NCBI RefSeq assembly: GCF_037042905.1
Contig: NC_087250.1
Span: forward strand, 13,332,001-13,396,000
Direction of reading: 5' to 3'
Source: Lytechinus pictus
Lineage: Eukaryota
Length of the DNA: 64,000 bases
A model generated the notes under the pieces. That model worked only from the letters and a program-made list of their open reading frames with translations. It ran no database searches and was not told the DNA's origin. A program made the position numbers and the translations under genes. Positions 1-11,711 of the stretch are shown piece after piece; position 1 is the stretch's first letter; each line of letters begins with the position of its first letter.

Positions 1-357
1 CAGGATAGTTGTATGCGAGGAACTTTGGCTCCAGAGACAAGTTGTCAAATAACGTGTGTGTGTGTGAGGGTGTGTGTGTACCATCGGCTGGTAGTATTCC
101 ATGCTGTCTACGACTTCAAACCGCTTCGGAGAGAGTGCAATTCGGTAAAACGAAGTTTCCGATATAAAGAGATAATAACACTATATGTGGTACGTTGGGA
201 GGCAAATGTCAGATCAGGGGAGGCAGGATCTTACAATCAGGTTTTTTAAAGGGAAGAATAGTGTAGAATAAAAGGTATCATATATAGCCAATTGATCTAG
301 TAGAGTGAAGTGAACAATTATGTTGTTTTTTTAAAGAATGAATATACCTTACGTGGA

Positions 358-3300
358 TATGGTGAAGCCAATTTAAAAGGAGGTGAGACAAGTTTCAATG
401 GAGGTTTTTAAAAAGAATAAACTGCATTATGGTGAAGCCAATTTAAAAGGAGGTGAGGCAAGTTTCAATGGAGGTTTTTAAAAGAATAAACTGCATTATG
501 GTGAAGCCAATTTAAAAGGAGGTGAGACAAGTTTCAATGGAGGTTTTTTTTTAAGAATAAACTGTCCTACAAATTTAAATGGAGGTGAGGCATTAAGTTT
601 CAATGGAGGTTTTTAAAAAGAATAAACTGTACTACAAATTAAAAAAGAGGTGAGACAAGTTTCAATGGAGGTTTTTAAAAAGAATAAACTGTACTACAAA
701 CTTAAAAGGAGGTGAGGCAAGTTTCAATGGAGGTTTTTAAAAAGAATAAACTGTATTATGGTGATGCAAATTTTAAAGGAGGTGCGGCAAGTTTCAATGG
801 AGGTTTTTATAAAAAAGAATAGACTGCATTATGGTGAAGCCAATTTAAAAGCAGGTGAGGCAAGTTTCAATGGAGGTTTTTAAAAAGAATAAACTGTACA
901 TGGTGATGCAAATTTAAAAGGAGGTGAGGCAAGTTTCAATGGAGGTTTTTATAAAAAAAAATAGACTGCATTATGGTGAAGCCAATTTAAAAGCAGGTGA
1001 GGCAAGTTTCAATGGAGGTTTTTAAAAGAAATTAACTGTACTACAAATTTAAAAGGAGGTGATCGAGGCAAGTTTCAATGGAGGTTTAAAAAAAAGAATA
1101 AACTGTACTACAAACTTAAAAGGAGGTGAGGCAAGTTTCAATGGAGGTTTTCAAAAAGAATAAACTGTACTACAAACTTAAAAGGAGGTGAGGCAAGTTT
1201 CAATGGAGGTTTTTAAAAAGAATAAACTGTACTACAAATTATGGTGAAGCGAATTTAAAAGGAGGTGAGGCAAGTTTCAATGGAGGTTTTTTTTTAAAGA
1301 ATAAACTGTACTACAAATTAAAAAAGAGGTGAGACAAGTTTCAATGGAGGTTTTTAAAAAGAATAGACTGCATTATGGTGAAGCCTATTTAAAAGGAGGT
1401 GAGGCAAGTTTCAATGGAGGTTTTTAAAAAGAATAAACTGTACTACAAATTATGGTGAAGCGAATTTAAAAGGAGGTGAGGCAAGTTTCAATGGAGGTTT
1501 TTTTTTAAGAATAAACTGTACTACAAATTTAAAAGGAGGTGAGGCAAGTTTCAATGGAGGTTTTTTTAAAAGAATAAACTGTACTACAAATTTAAAAGGA
1601 GGTGAGGCAAGTTTCAATGGAGGTTTTTAAAAAGAATAGACTGCATTATGGTGAAGCCAATTTAAAAGGAGGTGAGGCAAGTTTCATGGAGGTTTTTAAA
1701 AGAAATTAACTGTACTTACAAATTTAAAAGGAGGTGAGGCAAGTTTCAATGGAGGTTTTTATAAAAAGAATAGACTGCATTATGGTGAAGCCAATTTAAA
1801 AGCAGGTGAGGCAAGTTTCAATGGAGGTTTTTAAAAGAAATTAACTGTACTACAAATTTAAAAGGAGGTGAGGCAAGTTTCAATGGATGTTTTAAAAAAG
1901 AATAAACTGTACTACAAACTTAAAAGGAGGTGAGGCAAGTTTCAATGGAGGTTTTTAAAAAGAATAAACTGTACTACAAACTTAAAAGGAGGTGAGGCAA
2001 GTTTCAATGGAGGTTTTTAAAAAGAATAAACTGTATTATGGTGAAGCAAATTTAAAAGGAGGTGAGGCAAGTTTCAATGGAGGTTTTTAAAAAGAATAAA
2101 CTGTACTACAAACTTAAAAGGAGGTGAGGCAAGTTTCATTGGAGGTTTTTAAAAAGAATAAACTGTACTACAAACTTAAAAGGAGGTGAGGCAAGTTTCA
2201 ATGGAGGTTTTTAAAAAGAATAAACTGTCTGTACTACACATGGGTGTCAATCGGTATTCTTGGTTCGGGGGGGGGATGATTGACACAAATGTTCTTGGGG
2301 ATGGGGATCTTTCAACATTACCCCCACTAAAATCACAAGTTAGAACATTTGGGAGTGGTTGATATGCATGGTGTTCTTGGAAATTCCTTCATTGTTGCAG
2401 TGTACTGTATTATGTATAATTTTTTTTGAAAATTCAATTTGTGTTACAAGTAAGCATGTTCTAAGCTCATACGAAAGAAAAAATGACAAAAATTGTCTGG
2501 ACCATGAGAGTGATCTGTTTATTGAGCATGATGTATACAACTTCTCTCTTAAATCTAACCCGACTGGCAATATTTTTTTTTTTCTTAATGCATGATGATA
2601 AAATGCAGATTCGGACAAATTAAGACTAGCACAAATTACAAACTTTGTGGCTTCTCGTGCGCCATCGGGCTTACCGTCATTCCTCAGACGATTTTAACCC
2701 TGGATTTTAACATGTTTTAAATGCTTTGTAAGTGAATGAAACAAAAACAAACATAAAAACAATCAAAACTCAACTGTCTGTTATGATATTTCTCCAACAT
2801 TTTCTTGAACCATCAGTGTGTAATATCAGCTAATATATGTGTTAAAATGAAATTTACGTACCGCATGAGTGTGCTCATATAGATTGCAAACCTGTCATCC
2901 CTTTCCAAACTCAAAAGAGATTTCTTTTTGCCAAAATAAGAAAAAATCAATCAAGTTTAGTTATTCAAGTCCATAACAAGAATAACATGGAAAAAATCCG
3001 ATGTTCATATCCGAAGATACGCTTTAAAGAGAAATGAATGATTATTCTTTCTGATGGGGTCACATGATAAAATGTTTGATATTAATTACATCCAACCGCA
3101 TACAACAAAAGCACCATACACATGAGCTACTGATCACCACACGACCATTATGACTTTTTAAAAGTGATATGGGCTCACTCTTTCATGACTATAGGCACCT
3201 CATTTCCACATAAACTCCTCAAAAAAAGTTTGGAAATCTGACTTTGATCGATAATCCCTCCTCAAATTTAATATACATGTATATCAATATGTTAGTAATA

Positions 3301-4615
3301 TCACTGAATAGATCATCTAATTCTCTTTAATATGATACCCTACATGATATGATTATGGTTCACATGGAGGTGCAGTGCCTTGAAATGTGGGGCAAGGTCA
3401 AAATTCAAAAGTTGCAAAATGACATAATATTGAAAGTTACTGTTTTTATTTCCGTGGTGATGAGTTGGGAGAATTATTGGCCAAACTCAGATTTCCAAAC
3501 TTTTTTTGCTCGTTTTGCAGCTTTCAAATTCAGACCTCATCCAACACTTTTGAATCCTGTTCTTTTCGTGATGACAGAGAATTAAGTGATCTTTTGAATG
3601 ACGTCAAATATGCATTGTGTAAAATTTGGAGTTGGGAGAAATTAATAGCCAAACTGATTTCCAAACTTTTTGTGAGGAGTTTAGATAGGTAATGAGGACA
3701 TCAATGCTCTCCTGCAAAATATTATTGACCAAAACTTATCGTTCAAGTCAAGGTATACACAAGTAGAGGTGACATTCGTTTTGTGCACATCATCCTTTTG
3801 GTATAATTTCATGTTCAAAGGTTTACTGAATGCCGAACATAATATATAACAATACTACCATGACATACATCGGTATATAACCAGGCAAAGGGTTGTAGAT
3901 TAAATGGGATGGACAAACATCATGCACTTGGATGTGGGGAGGGATAAATCTGAGAAAAGTTATTTGTACTTTTTCAAGATCTACCCCTCTGGGATTTACG
4001 TCCATGGGGTTTTCCCCGTTGATCTTGCCACCCTCTTACTCCCGTTTATTTATACACCCTTTTGAATTAGTTGATTTGTTAAAATTAATTTATTAACCAC
4101 TGGTGGGATGGAACACCTATCAACTAAAGTTGTTTTTCGTCGGGGTCTTTTTATGTCATGTATTTAAAAATATCATATACATAAACGTTTCATTATTTTT
4201 CATCTTGAACCTCCATCAATCTGTTTAAAAGTCATGGAAAAGAATGTTTTTATTTAATAACAATATACACAAATTGCGATGGAAACAAACAGATTGATGG
4301 CATATAATCATCATGATCAAATTTTCATTTTTTCATCATCATTATTATAATTTTCTACCCTAAATTATAGGGGGGATGATAATACAGACCATCCCCCCAC
4401 TTGAAATAATGGGGGGGGGATATATTCCCCATCCCCCCCCCCCCCGTGATCGACATCCATGGTACTACAAATTATGGTGAAGCGAATTTAAAAGGAGGTG
4501 AGGAAAGTTTCAATGGAGGTTTTTAAAAAGAATAAACTGTAGTACAAATTATGGTGAAGCGAATTTAAAAGGAGGTGAGGCAAGTTTCAATGGAGGTTTT
4601 TTAAAAGAATAAACA
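358..4615 (+). repeat. Minisatellite array, left arm (units ~62, ~70 and ~80 bp), interrupted by the 2239-4461 insertion
   Basis: Core TTAAAAGGAGGTGAGGCAAGTTTCAATGGAGGTTTTTAAAAAGAATAAACTG followed by alternative linkers TACTACAAA, CATTATGGTGAAGCCAA, or both. Period 70 at 361/431 and 62 at 1921/1983. Confidence 0.95.
2239..4461. mobile_element. Non-autonomous hAT-like DNA transposon inserted in the minisatellite
   Basis: TIRs CATGGGTGTCAATC / GATCGACATCCATG, subterminal poly-G/poly-C, and an exact 8-bp TSD GTACTACA (2231-2238 and 4462-4469). CA..TG ends with 8-bp TSD are typical of hAT. No transposase ORF. Confidence 0.85.
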
Positions 4616-5499
4616 GTCTTTGTAAATGTTTGTGCAAAAACTTGATAAGAATGCATGCCGTTATCACACAGTACTTGCCAACTTTTAGTATATTTTATCA
4701 TGGTCCTAGGCCTGCCAGTACTGAAAATAAACGTATTTTAAACTGTATTATAGCGTATATTTTTATTTACTCAAACTGCAGTTGCTTTCCATGATCATGT
4801 CTTGGTTTTATAATACTTGCTATATGTGTCCAGCCACCCCAATACCAACAATAAATACATTGATTTAAAGATTCTCATTGATCTTGAACAATCACATCCT
4901 AAGCTGTAAAATGATTTATCTTGTTAATATTGATTAATAATATCCCTCGCTAGTACTTGATTGAATGCGAATAAGTTTGGTGAGAGCTTCAACAAATAAG
5001 AGAACAAGATTTGGGGTTCACTTACGCATGCGATGTGTAATATGTAGTTCAACTACTTAGCAGTGAGCAAAACACGGATATCAAAGTCTTGTATTTTGTC
5101 TTCAACTTTTACAACCTCACATTTTGACAATATGAAGAATTTTTTTTCTTCGGATAAACCAATATTTAAAAATGCGTTTGGAAAACTGAATTACTATTTT
5201 GGTTATTTTCTACGAACCTTCCCTGGCAACTTATTGTTGATATTTGGGTGGCTGGCCACATTTTGTTTTGTTGAGAAAAAATATCAAAGAGTATATGAAA
5301 AAAATATTTATGTAAAAAAGCTTGCCTAGCTGTTGGTATTTTCTTCTGTTGTACTTTGTCATGTAACTCTGATAGATTTAATTTCGTTACACAAAATGGG
5401 GTTCAGTATTCAGAAAAACCATTAACCTTGCCTCAACCACAACAGTACTTGCCAAACTGGATAAATCAACATTATATCAAGCTGTGTAGAAGAACTTAA

Positions 5500-6083
5500 A
5501 GGAGAATGAAACTCTTGGAGCAAGTTAGCTTTTGTGAAAGCAGAAAAATCAAAGAATAAGATCAACAAAAGTTTGAGTATAATAGGACTAGCAATAGAAG
5601 AGTTATGAGCATTTGAATGTCGAGATCACTAATGCTATGGAGATCCTCCCATTGGCAATGCGACCAAGATCTATGATGTCACAGATGAACAACTCTCCCC
5701 TTTTGGACACTGAAAATATACCCCAAAACATCTCTTTTTGCTCATTCTAATCATATGACAAACGATTCATCAATGATATAATGTTGTGAAACCTCTGTAC
5801 TTGTCCTCTCATAAAGAGAACACCTCACCTTGTGATAGACTCTATAAAAGTGAGAATATAAGTGAAATAAGTACTAAAGTAATGAGGGAGTTGTACGTGG
5901 GTGACATCACAGATCTTGGTCGCATTGCCAATAGGAGGATCTACATGGCATTAGTGATCTCAATATTCAAATGCTCATAACTTTCTTATTATTTATCCAA
6001 TCTTCCTCAAACTTTCAACAATATGTTTCTTTGATTTTTCTCTTTGATATGGATTCAGCTGGTTTCAAGGGTTTCATTCTCCT
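5500..6083. mobile_element. Kolobok/T2-type MITE
   Basis: TTAA|AGGAGAATGAAAC ... GTTTCATTCTCCT|TTAA, plus long imperfect subterminal inverted repeats (~5600-5682 vs ~5901-5985). Confidence 0.85.
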
Positions 6084-7804
6084 TTAATGATCATGTAGAT
6101 ACCATTAAGTGCATACATATGTAATGTATTTCAAGCTGTATGACATAGATATTCTTTTCCATCCAACATCAGCTTCTACTATTTTTAAGGTTAGTATTTA
6201 TTGTCATGTTGGCAAATTGTGAAATAGTTCATGTTGAAATATGTTGTATATTACCTGTAATGCATTTCTAATGTTATTTTTTTTAGAATATATTTTGTCA
6301 TCATTTTCAGTACATAAAAGTTTATTCAATGTATGCCTTTACCAAAGTTGGCCATAAGCACAGTGGGTACCAACTATCACTGAAGACAACACGACAATTA
6401 CTCAAAATATATGTATAGCCTTATAAATGTACAAGTCAATAAAATCTACTATGACTACATAGCTTTTCTTTGTGCAACACAGTCATATTTCATTTGGATC
6501 AATTCAAAATTGAGTGGTGTTTTGGGGGTAATGCTATGGTAACTGCAGTTATGTTGTCCTCTGACAGTTGGTGTTGTAATGATGTGATTGGCAGTGTGTG
6601 GACGTCATGTTATAAGAGAAAAAAAGAAAGTTAAAGTGAGAGTGTTGGCTTTGAAATGGACTCAACCTATGAAAGTTAATGCTGCAGAAACTGGTGTGGT
6701 AGTGGGATGATAATGATGATGAGGAACAGGGCCGGTATTCAATGCTACTCTTAAAGCCACAATTTTAAGTATATTTTACTCAGTATTTTGCAAAAGTAAA
6801 ATACTTATCCATCTTTGGTATTCAATTGCATTTTTTTTTTTGCTAAATATTTTGCTTAAATGTAAGTCAGCCATCTACTAGACTTAAGTCTACATATACA
6901 AAAATGATACGCACAGAAATACATTCACACATTTGGCACTATTTGGCTCAAAATTTATAACATCACAATGGGTATTAGTATTTACTTCAATTTGGATGAG
7001 GTAAATTCTTAGATCTGATCTGCATCAAGTTTAAGCATTTTGTTAAGCCAGCCAAATTGCTAAGTAAAATACTTACAAAATGAAAACTTAGAATTTAATA
7101 GGCGGCCGAGGTTTTTTTTTTCCAGAGGACATGTTCAGATTTCTTGTTGACAAAGGATGACGTGATGATTATTTTGCATAACCTGGCTTATCAAAAAATA
7201 TATTATGTATATTCCATTTCAGTGATAATTGCATTTTTGGGGAGGATATATTACATATTTGGGGAATGGAAAAGTTCAAAATCAATGCATACTTAACCTA
7301 ATTACGCAGGGGGGGGGGGGGCTCTGAGCTCTGTGATTAAAAAAAAAGTCTTTTGCATGTTTTGAGACCAGTTTTGCGAAGCCCGGGTACTGGGTACTGA
7401 AAATTACCAAACAATTTGAAGGTGCATATCAGACAAAAATGGCTCAAAATTGTGATATTTGTGTACCACGACAATGGAATATGCGTTTTCAACCAAAATT
7501 CATAAAAGCCTAATTGTTTTTAGTTTTGTTGAACTAAACTGATTTATTTTATGCTGTTACGAGAGTCCCAGCAAAGTTCGTTTAAAAAAAAAACAATGCA
7601 ATACAAAGGTAGAACACCACAAAGAGTTTCTAAACCAAAAATTAGAACATTTGGAGCTTTATTTGGGGAGTTAGAGGAATAGGTATAGTATACTAATTAT
7701 GCACAAATTAGCATAATCAATTAATAGCAATTTGCATGAAATAAATAACTACACAATTTTGAGGATTATTACAAGCAATTGCAATATATTTCTTCACTAT
7801 TCAT

Positions 7805-9800
7805 TGTTTTTAGAAACCTCATTGTAGACTTGCCTCATGCACCTCCTCTCAAGTTGGCTTCATCATTTGAATTATATTCTACACTTATCATTCTTTTAAA
7901 AAAATAATTGTAGACTTGCCTCACCTCCTCTCAAGTTGGCTTCACCATAATATTCATTCTTTGTTAAAACATCATTTTACACTTGCCTCACCTCCCCTCA
8001 AGTTGGCTTCACAATACCTTTTTCGTTAAAACATTGTACGTTTGCCTCACATCCTTTCAAGTTTGCTTCTACATAATATCCATTCTTTGTTAAAACATCA
8101 TTTTCATTTTACACTTGCCTCACCTCTCAAGTTGGCTTCACCATAATTTGTACTACAGCTTCTTTTTAAAAACCTCCATTGAAACTTGCCTTGCCTCCTT
8201 TTAAATTTGTAGTACAGTTTATTCTTTAAAAAACCCTCCATTGAAACTTGCCTCACCTCCTTTTAAATTCGCTTCACCGTAATTTGTAGTACAGTTTATT
8301 CTTTTAAAAAACCTCCATTGAAACTTGCCTCACATCCTTTTAAATTCGCTTCACCATAATGCAGTTTATTCTTTTTAAAAACCTCCATTGAAACTTGTCT
8401 CACCTTCTTTTAAATTTGTAGTACAGTTTATTCTTTAAAAAAACCTCCATTGAAACTTGCCTCACCTCCTTTTAAATTCTGTTTTTTTTTCCTTTTTCTT
8501 TCCTTTCTTCTGTCTTGCGCAACACATCCTTTACTACGAAGACCTCTTTGTGTGAAAAGTTTTGTATTAGTTCAGTAATTATATTTGCATCCGTATGATT
8601 TCTTTTGTTCTCTTTTTCTTTCTTGTAATACATATATGTACGCATATCAGAATAAGTCTACTATACTTTTTTCATTTCCAAGGGGGATCCACACTTTACA
8701 AGCTTTGCTTTTTAGTGGATCCCCCTCATTTCCATTTATGCTCTATATACTGTTTTTTTTTCTGTTTTGTTTTTTTTTCGAAGTAAGAATGCCCTTCTGT
8801 AAAATTGTACTTGATTTGTATTACTTTATATTACTTTGTATCATGTTTTGAATGGAAATGAAATAAAAAAAGAATTGAATTTGAAGTACAGTTTATTCTT
8901 TAAAAAAACCTCAATTGAAACTTGCCTCACCTCCTTTTAAATTGGCTTCACCATAATGCAGTCTATTCTTTTTAAAAACCTCCATTGAAACTTGCCTCAC
9001 CTTCTTTTAATTTGGTTCACCATAATGCAGTCTATTCTTTTTAAAAACCTCCATTGAAACTTGTCTCACCTCCTTTTAAATTTGTAGTACAGTTTATTCT
9101 TTAAAAAAACCTCCATTGAAACTTGCCTCACCTCCTTTTAAATTGGCTTCACCATATAATGCAGTTTATTCTTTTTAAAAACCTCCATTAAACTTGTCTC
9201 ACCTCCTTTTAAATTTGTAGTACAGTTTATTCTTTTAAAAAACCTCCATTGAAACTTGCCTCACATCCTTTTAAATTCGCTTCACCATAATGCAGTTTAT
9301 TCTTTTTAAAAACCTCCATTGAAACTTGTCTCACCTTAATTCTTTTAAATTTGTAGTACAGTTTATTCTTTAAAAAAACCTCCATTGAAACTTGCATCAC
9401 CTCCTTTTAAATTCGCTTCACCATAATGCAGTCTATTCTTTTTTAAAACCTCCATTGAAACTTGCCTCGCCTCCTTTTGAATTGGCTTCACCATAAGTTG
9501 TAGTACAGTTTATTCTTTTTAAAAAACCTCCATTGAAACTTGCCTCACCTCCTTTTGAATTGGCTTCACCATAATTTGTAGTACAGTTTATTCTTTTTAA
9601 AAAACCTCCATTGAAACTTGCCTCACCTCCTTTTAAATTCGCTTCACCATAATGCAGTCTATTCTTTTTAAAAACCTCCATTGAAACTTGCCTCACCTCC
9701 TTTTGAATTGGCTTCACCATAAGTTGTAGTACAGTTTATTCTTTTTTAAAAACCTCCATTGAAACTTGTCTCACCTCCTTTTAAATTGGCTTCACCATAA
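7805..9800 (-). repeat. Minisatellite array, right arm (reverse complement of the 358-4615 family), degenerate at ~7805-8150
   Basis: Repeated AAAACCTCCATTGAAACTTGCCTCACCTCCTTTTAAATT. Inner units drift to CACCTCCTCTCAAGTTGGCTTC. Confidence 0.92.
8479..8880 (+). mobile_element. Probable 5'-truncated non-LTR retrotransposon 3' end inserted in the minisatellite
   Basis: T-rich segment interrupting a repeat unit; perfect 12-bp stem AGGGGGATCCAC/GTGGATCCCCCT (8681-8726) enclosing ACAAGCTTTGCTT; ends with AATAAA and GAATTGAAT. Class assignment is inference. Confidence 0.5.
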
Positions 9801-10199
9801 TATTCAGGTAAGGAACTATTCATTCTTTTTTTACTAACAGCATTGTTCACTTCCCTCACCTAGATCATTTGGCTATATATAATACCTTTTATTCTACACT
9901 ATTCTTCCCTTTAAAAAACCTGATTGTAAGATCCTGCCTCCCCTGATCTGACATTTGCCTCCCAACGTACTGTACATATAGTGTTATTATCTCTTTATAT
10001 CGGAAACTTCGTTTTACCGAATTGCACTCTCTCCGAAGCGGTTTGAAGTCGTAGACAGCATGGAATACTACCAGCCGATGGTACACACACGCACACACAC
10101 ACACGTTATTTGACAACTTGTCTCTAGATCTGGAGCCAAAGTTCCTCGCATATAACTTTCTGCATGCCAGCTGTACTCAGTGTGTATTGAACACGCACG

Positions 10200-10334
10200 A
10201 CCACGATCTAATGAATATTCATCGGCGAGAGTGACGTCATTTTACGAGTCTCCTTTCAAACTTGGTTCATAAGTGCCTACCCAACTGAGTCAAGGATTTT
10301 TGAAATTCATTTAACTGGATACGGATAAAGCGAA
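10200..10334 (+). promoter_or_regulatory. Putative ZCCHC17 proximal promoter / 5' UTR
   Basis: Directly upstream of the start ATG. Contains palindrome ATGAATATTCAT (10211-10222), a full CRE TGACGTCA (10232-10239) and an AP-1-type TGAGTCA (10286-10292). TSS cannot be determined from sequence. Confidence 0.45.
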
Positions 10335-10376
10335 ATGGCAGAATTTCCAACCTTATATAAGATTTACAGAGGAGAT
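10335..10376 (+). CDS. ZCCHC17: ZCCHC17/pNO40 coding exon 1 (MAEFPTLYKIYRGD)
   Basis: ATG preceded by an in-frame TAA (10326-10328). Peptide resembles the S1-domain start of vertebrate ZCCHC17 (LPALYTIFQGE, recalled). GTAAGT donor, phase 0, compatible with exon 2. Confidence 0.85.
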
Positions 10377-10595
10377 GTAAGTGATTATTTATGTTTTATT
10401 TGTAAAATAAAAGTCATCATCACCGTTTTCTCTTGCCAAGATAGGTTGTAAATCATTGACGATTGACCCGCTGCCGTGTACAGACAGCAGACCCGACGGT
10501 TGCGGGGCATCTAAGCCTGGGAGCTCCGGCCCGCTTCCCGGGCCAGAGCCCAGGAGACTCGTCCGTGTATTACTTAGTAGTTAGTAGGCTACTAC

Positions 10596-11457
10596 ACCAG
10601 GCTGAAGCCAGCGCACAAACCCAGCGCACAGAATATATTGAAGCAAGCCAGCGCACAAATCCAGCGCACAGAGCTATCGCGATACAAACCGCCCTACACC
10701 GTGTGCGTAGTCTATTACTAATTAGTCGCAGACCCTAAATACAGCTTAAATTCTCAAACGTCTCGAATATTGTCATAATGCGCACGGAAATGGTATAGTA
10801 AAAAGGCATAGTTACCGGAACTTACAGATGATTGAAAATATGGAACTTCCATAATGCACTATTCCACATTATGATTGCTTCAAATATTAGTATATGACTG
10901 ATTTGTATAACATTTGAATATAATCATTAAGAATTGAATGGAGTATGTTTCTATATGGCATGAGTGCAGCTGAAAATAATACAGATAAAGAAGAATCAAA
11001 CAAAGTTGGTAAAATGTAAACAATATCGGACAAGGTTAATAGAGTTATGATATTTCAAAGATCCGCATTTCGGCCAGTTCTATATGCATTTCTTCTTTAA
11101 CATTCAATGGAGAAAAGTAATCTCTCCTGTATATTCCCACTTTTTTAATCACATGAATTCATGATTATTCAAATTTCCTCCTCCTATAGAATTACAAATA
11201 TTGTATTAAAACTATTTAATGCATTTTCTCATTAATTTATGGACATTATTTTAATAAGAGACATCACATGATTAAAAGATGATTTCATGCAAGAGCATTT
11301 TATAAGCAAAACGAAGTTGGAACACGTCATCATAAATCACTTCAAATAGATAGTTATGACTGCGTGCATTTTATTTTCACAAAATACTGCTTACTTCAAA
11401 ATTCAGTATCAGAGTTTGATGATTGCTTCCGGATTCTCTTTTGTAAATTCAACTCTT
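10596..11457 (+). repeat. Left unique TIR of the 43-kb element
   Basis: Colinear reverse complement of 53102-53932 with substitutions and indels; four subterminal CCAGCGCACA motifs at 10608-10670. Confidence 0.92.
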
Positions 11458-11468
11458 ATTAATAACTA

Positions 11469-11711
11469 TACCCAGTTGTTGTGTGTCCGGACAGGTTGTG
11501 TGTCCGGACGATCAATTTTAGAAAGTCATTTTGAAAAATTTACAAGCGATCGAAGTTTCATCAATTTTTAGTACAAAATGTTAGGAAACAATATAAAGAA
11601 CACAACAGAAGATGATAACAGCTATTGAATTCATATTTTTAGTGTAATCCAAAGACAAAAAAGAAGGCTTCAAAAATATAAAGTGTCCGGACACCCGACC
11701 TCCCATCCTAT
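11469..11711 (+). repeat. ~240-bp dispersed repeat, copy 1
   Basis: TACCCAGTTG...GTGTCCGGACGATCAATTTTAGAAAGTCATTT...GTGTCCGGACACCC...CCCATCCTAT; a second direct copy lies at 58090-58332; absent from the right arm. Confidence 0.85.

Larger units (their letters stand above)
1..10162. mobile_element. Large foldback-type non-autonomous DNA element (unique TIR + inverted minisatellite arrays + spacer); left terminus lies outside the window
   Basis: 1-~355 is the reverse complement of ~9800-10162 (e.g. GCGAGGAACTTTGGCTCCAG vs CTGGAGCCAAAGTTCCTCGC; the same spurious peptide appears as ORFs 13..249+ and 9889..10116-). Both arms continue inward into one minisatellite family in opposite orientations. 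TSD cannot be seen. Confidence 0.8.

Noticed and set aside
6500..6730. Possible decayed minus-strand exons in the spacer of the first foldback (short frame HDVHTLPITSLQHQLSEDNITAV...)
   Set aside because: No canonical AG/GT splice sites and no recognisable homology; would need tBLASTx support.
9433..9720. 95-aa repetitive ORF (GEANSKGGEASFNGGF)
   Set aside because: Chance translation of the minisatellite; unit lengths vary and break frame elsewhere.
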